A stretch of DNA of 63,646 nt, counting the filler, from Piptocephalis cylindrospora (taxonomy: Eukaryota), in the NCBI GenBank assembly GCA_003614145.1. It is 29 parts of 29 records of this genome, joined end to end, with 100 filler letters (N's around TTAATTAATTAA, not from the genome) between each part and the next. Parts side by side here need not be neighbours in the genome. Positions count along the whole stretch, not along the records: positions 59,391 to 61,469 come from KZ989091.1; positions 61,570 to 63,646 come from KZ989092.1; 27 more parts are not named here. One strand, written 5' to 3'. The position numbers were made by a program, and so were the translations under genes. Below, piece after piece: positions 60,397 to 63,646 of the stretch (position 1 is the stretch's first letter; the number at the start of each line of letters is the position of its first letter). Below the pieces are notes generated by a model. That model saw nothing but the letters and a program-made list of their open reading frames with translations. It did no database searches and was not told where the DNA came from.

Positions 60397-60795
60397 ATGA
60401 GCACTGCACGCGCCGAACCCTCCAGCCGACCCGGATCCCCTAAACCTCAGGATCTTCCTTCCACGGACACGCCTCCAGCCTCCTCTGGTAAGGCAGAAGG
60501 AGAGGATGAGTCCCAGGCATCTGCGTACAATGAGGAGACGGGAGAGATCAACTGGGACTGCCCTTGCCTAGGTGGCATGGCTCACGGTCCTTGCGGAGAG
60601 GATTTTAAGCAGGCCTTTTCCTGCTTTGTCACGTCTGAAGCCGATCCCAAGGGCATGGATTGTGTGGACTATTTCCAGTCGATGCAAGAGTGTTTTAAGA
60701 AGCATCCTGAAGAATATGCCAGTGAGTTGGATGAGGAGGAGGAGGAGGAAGAGGGGAGCAAGTCAACGGCATCAAAGGAGGATAAGGAAGCTTAA
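60397..60795 (+). CDS. MIA40: Mitochondrial IMS oxidoreductase MIA40/CHCHD4, short form
   Basis: [65 protein letters not shown] (CPC plus twin CX9C). First in-frame ATG at 60397. Confidence 0.96.
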   Translation: MSTARAEPSSRPGSPKPQDLPSTDTPPASSGKAEGEDESQASAYNEETGEINWDCPCLGGMAHGPCGEDFKQAFSCFVTSEADPKGMDCVDYFQSMQECFKKHPEEYASELDEEEEEEEGSKSTASKEDKEA

Positions 60796-61569
60796 GCAAC
60801 GAAAAAGCACAAAGTAGTAGTTTAGTTTATGGTGTCAGGTAGGGAGGAAAATGTTGTTATAGATACCTAGGGAGGGTCAGAAGAGCATGTCTTTTCAATC
60901 CATCTACCCTTTGCCCGCCAGATAGCGTCATGATGAATAGGGAAGGGAAAGTGGTAAATCTCGTCATTTCTAGAAGTATGGAAATGGCATATTGGATCGT
61001 CATTCGCCTCTATGACCTTAACAATCTCCCTTCATGCCGTTTCCCTCCTCATCCATCAAGAAATACACGCACAGGAAAGTTAGACAAAGTGTCAGGACAA
61101 CTATCCTTCCTCGTCGTCCAATCTCCGAATCACAGTGGCTCGAGGAGCCTTACGCTTCTTAAAGATAACCTTGGTGGGGGGCCTGGGCGCCTTTGCGAAG
61201 GAGGATCGAAGGGCGCCTTCGTTGTCGTCCTCATCCACCGACAATACGCGCTCCTTGGATCTGATCAAAGACTGGATGTCCTCATCATCTTCTGACTCAT
61301 GGCCTCGTCCAGGTCTTCTTCTTTTACGGCTCTCATAAGGTTGTCTCATGGAAAGCACGTCCTCCTTTCCAAGTGAGGTAAAGGAGGATGACTCGTCTTC
61401 TTGAACCTTCTGCTCTCCCGTTAGAGACTTATTTGGTTGACTTGCCGGCCTCACCACCGTTTCCCACTCNNNNNNNNNNNNNNNNNNNNNNNNNNNNNNN
61501 NNNNNNNNNNNNNTTAATTAATTAANNNNNNNNNNNNNNNNNNNNNNNNNNNNNNNNNNNNNNNNNNNN

Positions 61570-61752
61570 GATGAGGAGGAAGGGTCCGGCGATGTGGATG
61601 GGATGGAGATGTATCGAAGAGACATCCTTGATGATATTGAAGAGGAATTTGCTACGGATGACGATGAGGGGATCGAGGAGGTAGTCATAGATGACGGGGA
61701 AGGAAAGGGTGATAAGGAATCCTCAAGGATATTGGCCTCCAAGGGAGCTTGA
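61570..61752 (+). CDS. Acidic 3' end of an unidentified gene
   Basis: DEEEGSGDVDGMEMYRRDILDDIEEEF...ILASKGA* from the contig edge. Confidence 0.45.
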   Translation, partial: DEEEGSGDVDGMEMYRRDILDDIEEEFATDDDEGIEEVVIDDGEGKGDKESSRILASKGA

Positions 61753-62294
61753 TCCATCTTTACGTATCACCTTAAAATGTATCATCATTATCTACCCTTG
61801 GTTTCTCGTGATGGTTGATTTCCCAGCGCTATGGCATCATCCTATCGCTTCCTTTATGGACTATTACTTTCAGTAGAACAATGGGAGAAGGAGCAAATGA
61901 TTCAACAATGCAAATCAGAGATGGGCTGACATGGAGGTGAAAAAAGGGGGTATGGAGCCACCCCCCTTTCCCCTTCCCTGGCTGGTTCACCATGGTAGCG
62001 GGGATCGAAGAGTAGACGTCACGCCTCATTAGAGACTGCGTTGTTTCAGATTCTTAATGATAGGTCATCAGTGGTCCACGATATCTGCAACTCTGTGGTC
62101 TATATGCTTGTACACCTTAAGCACCGTCATCGGGGCATCTTGGATTCTACATTCATTTTCTTGTACGGAACTTTTGAGCAATGAAAGGGCCGAGAAATGC
62201 AATTGATAGAATAAAGAGTGTGGGGATAGCTTTTTGAATCCGGCTCGTCTTTATCCTAAAGTGAATCATTAGCTCAGACTTGTTCCTACTCAGG

Positions 62295-63290
62295 CTAAGC
62301 CGGAACACTAGAAGGGGAACTTACGCCATGATAAAAGAATAATCTCCGTAGGAAAAGTGAGGGCTTATACTTGCTGATGGCCCTCATGGCACTAGGCCAG
62401 CGAGACATATTCTGGAACCTAGACCGCAACCTAGTAGAGTTCACCTCGGCGCATTTCCGGGAAACAGCCTGGAGGAGGTGGTGGATCTGCAGGGCGTGAT
62501 TTACACACACACACTGCCCCTTCCCTTAGTGGGGTTATCTAGCCATGATCTGTCGCCTGGTAGGATCTAGGCTGGTTTAGTGACTAGAAGTGCCTTCAAA
62601 AGGAGAGCCATGTACGAGGAGGTTCAAGAGAGTGTCATTGGTTTAAAGCATAGCTTCAAGAGCCCACATTGACGTATCTAGCCTGGCATAGGGATATATA
62701 GGAATGCATCGCTCCCAAGCGCTGATGATGCTAGTATCGGAGCCTCCTAAACACCTAATCAACTACAGTTCTGCCCAACTCATTCGTGCAGATGATGATC
62801 TATGATCCTTTGTCAAGGCGTACTACACCTGATTTGTTATGTCCGTCTCGCCTCTTCCACAATATTGACAAGGTCTGGATACTCGACCTGGGCCTCCTCC
62901 CGTTTCATGTCGCTCCAGCTCCTGTGACAAAGCCCATCCTGTTCCAGAATGGAATGGATAGGGACTAAGGGTCTGGCAACGCGAGGATAGAGCTATGGAC
63001 GAGCCCATGAATGATGATCGGATCAAGAGCTACAACGTCTCTGACTGCCTCCATCAAAGACGCATCGTCATTTGAACGAGCGGCCTTCCCAATAGATGAG
63101 AGCGCGGCGCTTACCTTTAAAAAGGCGTTTTCCGCGCTTGCCACCTCCCAAAAAATCACCTTGATCTGAAAATACCATTTTATTTCGTCTGCTGGAAACA
63201 ATTTCAAGCTCTGAGAGGCTCTAACAATAAACAACTTATGCCCTTTCTGCGCCGCACGATGGTCATCTTCTCTATGACCCTCCTTCAAAC
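62295..63290 (-). pseudogene. Degraded coding-like region, possibly a transposon remnant
   Basis: Stop-interrupted frames. A frameshifted C-x-C...HHLL segment near 62470-62520 weakly recalls a retroelement Cys finger. Confidence 0.25.
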
Positions 63291-63646
63291 CCCGACATCC
63301 AAGCTTCCGTTCCCCGCCAGCCCTAGACTATTGACCTATCACACCCGCCTCTAGGACCCACTCACCCGCAAGCCTTGAAGACCAGGCGGCCAGGCACAGT
63401 GCAGAGGAAAGGGAGAAGACCTGGCTTCCAACCCGCCCACATCTTGCTTTCTCTCCCCAATCCCCTCCATCTTGGCGTCTATCCTCTCTCTTCCTTGACT
63501 CCAACCTTTCCTTGCCCCAATCCCCATATCCATCCCTTGGATAGTCCCACCACCCTCTCCCTTTCCTCCTTCTATCTCCCCTCCTCCTGCTCGGAACACT
63601 CCTTCCACCCTCTCCTCTTTGTGATTTGCCCTTCTTCCTCACACTT

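Larger units (their letters stand above)
59391..61469. repeat. Whole-contig foldback: 629-nt inverted arms (59391-60019 / 60841-61469) around a loop containing MIA40
   Basis: Identical ORFs appear on opposite strands (59403..59759+ and 61101..61457-). Complementarity ends at TTTTCCTCCCT / AGGGAGGAAAA. Confidence 0.96.

Noticed and set aside
2149..61569. Regularly spaced TTAATTAATTAA motif as a CRISPR-like or biological repeat
   Set aside because: It always sits inside N runs and cuts genes. It is an artificial linker.
1..63646. Gene cluster or pathway inferred from neighbouring genes
   Set aside because: The contigs are unrelated and ordered roughly by size, so adjacency across spacers has no meaning.

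Overview
This window is not one continuous locus. It is about 29 short contigs (about 2.0-2.15 kb, roughly in decreasing size), joined by an artificial 100-nt spacer (44 N + TTAATTAATTAA + 44 N), so gene adjacency across spacers has no meaning. The DNA is from a compact eukaryote with short GT-AG introns, most likely an early-diverging fungus. Signal-peptide orphans, a PL14 lyase, short MIA40 and CRIB-containing WASP would fit a Zoopagomycota-type parasite, but this is inference. Most contigs carry partial or complete housekeeping genes: EBP, GYP1, TFC6, DBP7, GPD, PEX5-like, AP beta adaptin, VPS52, RRP15, CAF1, MDH, GLE1, p24, SLP1, symplekin, PRO2, TOR, WASP, RAD14, NFU1, VPS16, an MscS-like channel and MIA40. 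Two contigs are perfect foldbacks and one has a 55-nt terminal direct repeat, typical of whole-genome-amplified material. The most interesting biology is a degenerate L1/Tx1-like LINE ending in a (TAC)n tail that abuts a 5'-truncated tRNA-like sequence. A 27-nt copy of the same LINE 3' end, with a 17-nt target-site duplication, sits in the RRP15 promoter on another contig. Also notable are a PEX5/PEX20-like hybrid receptor and several orphan secreted proteins, one with a WW-like motif.
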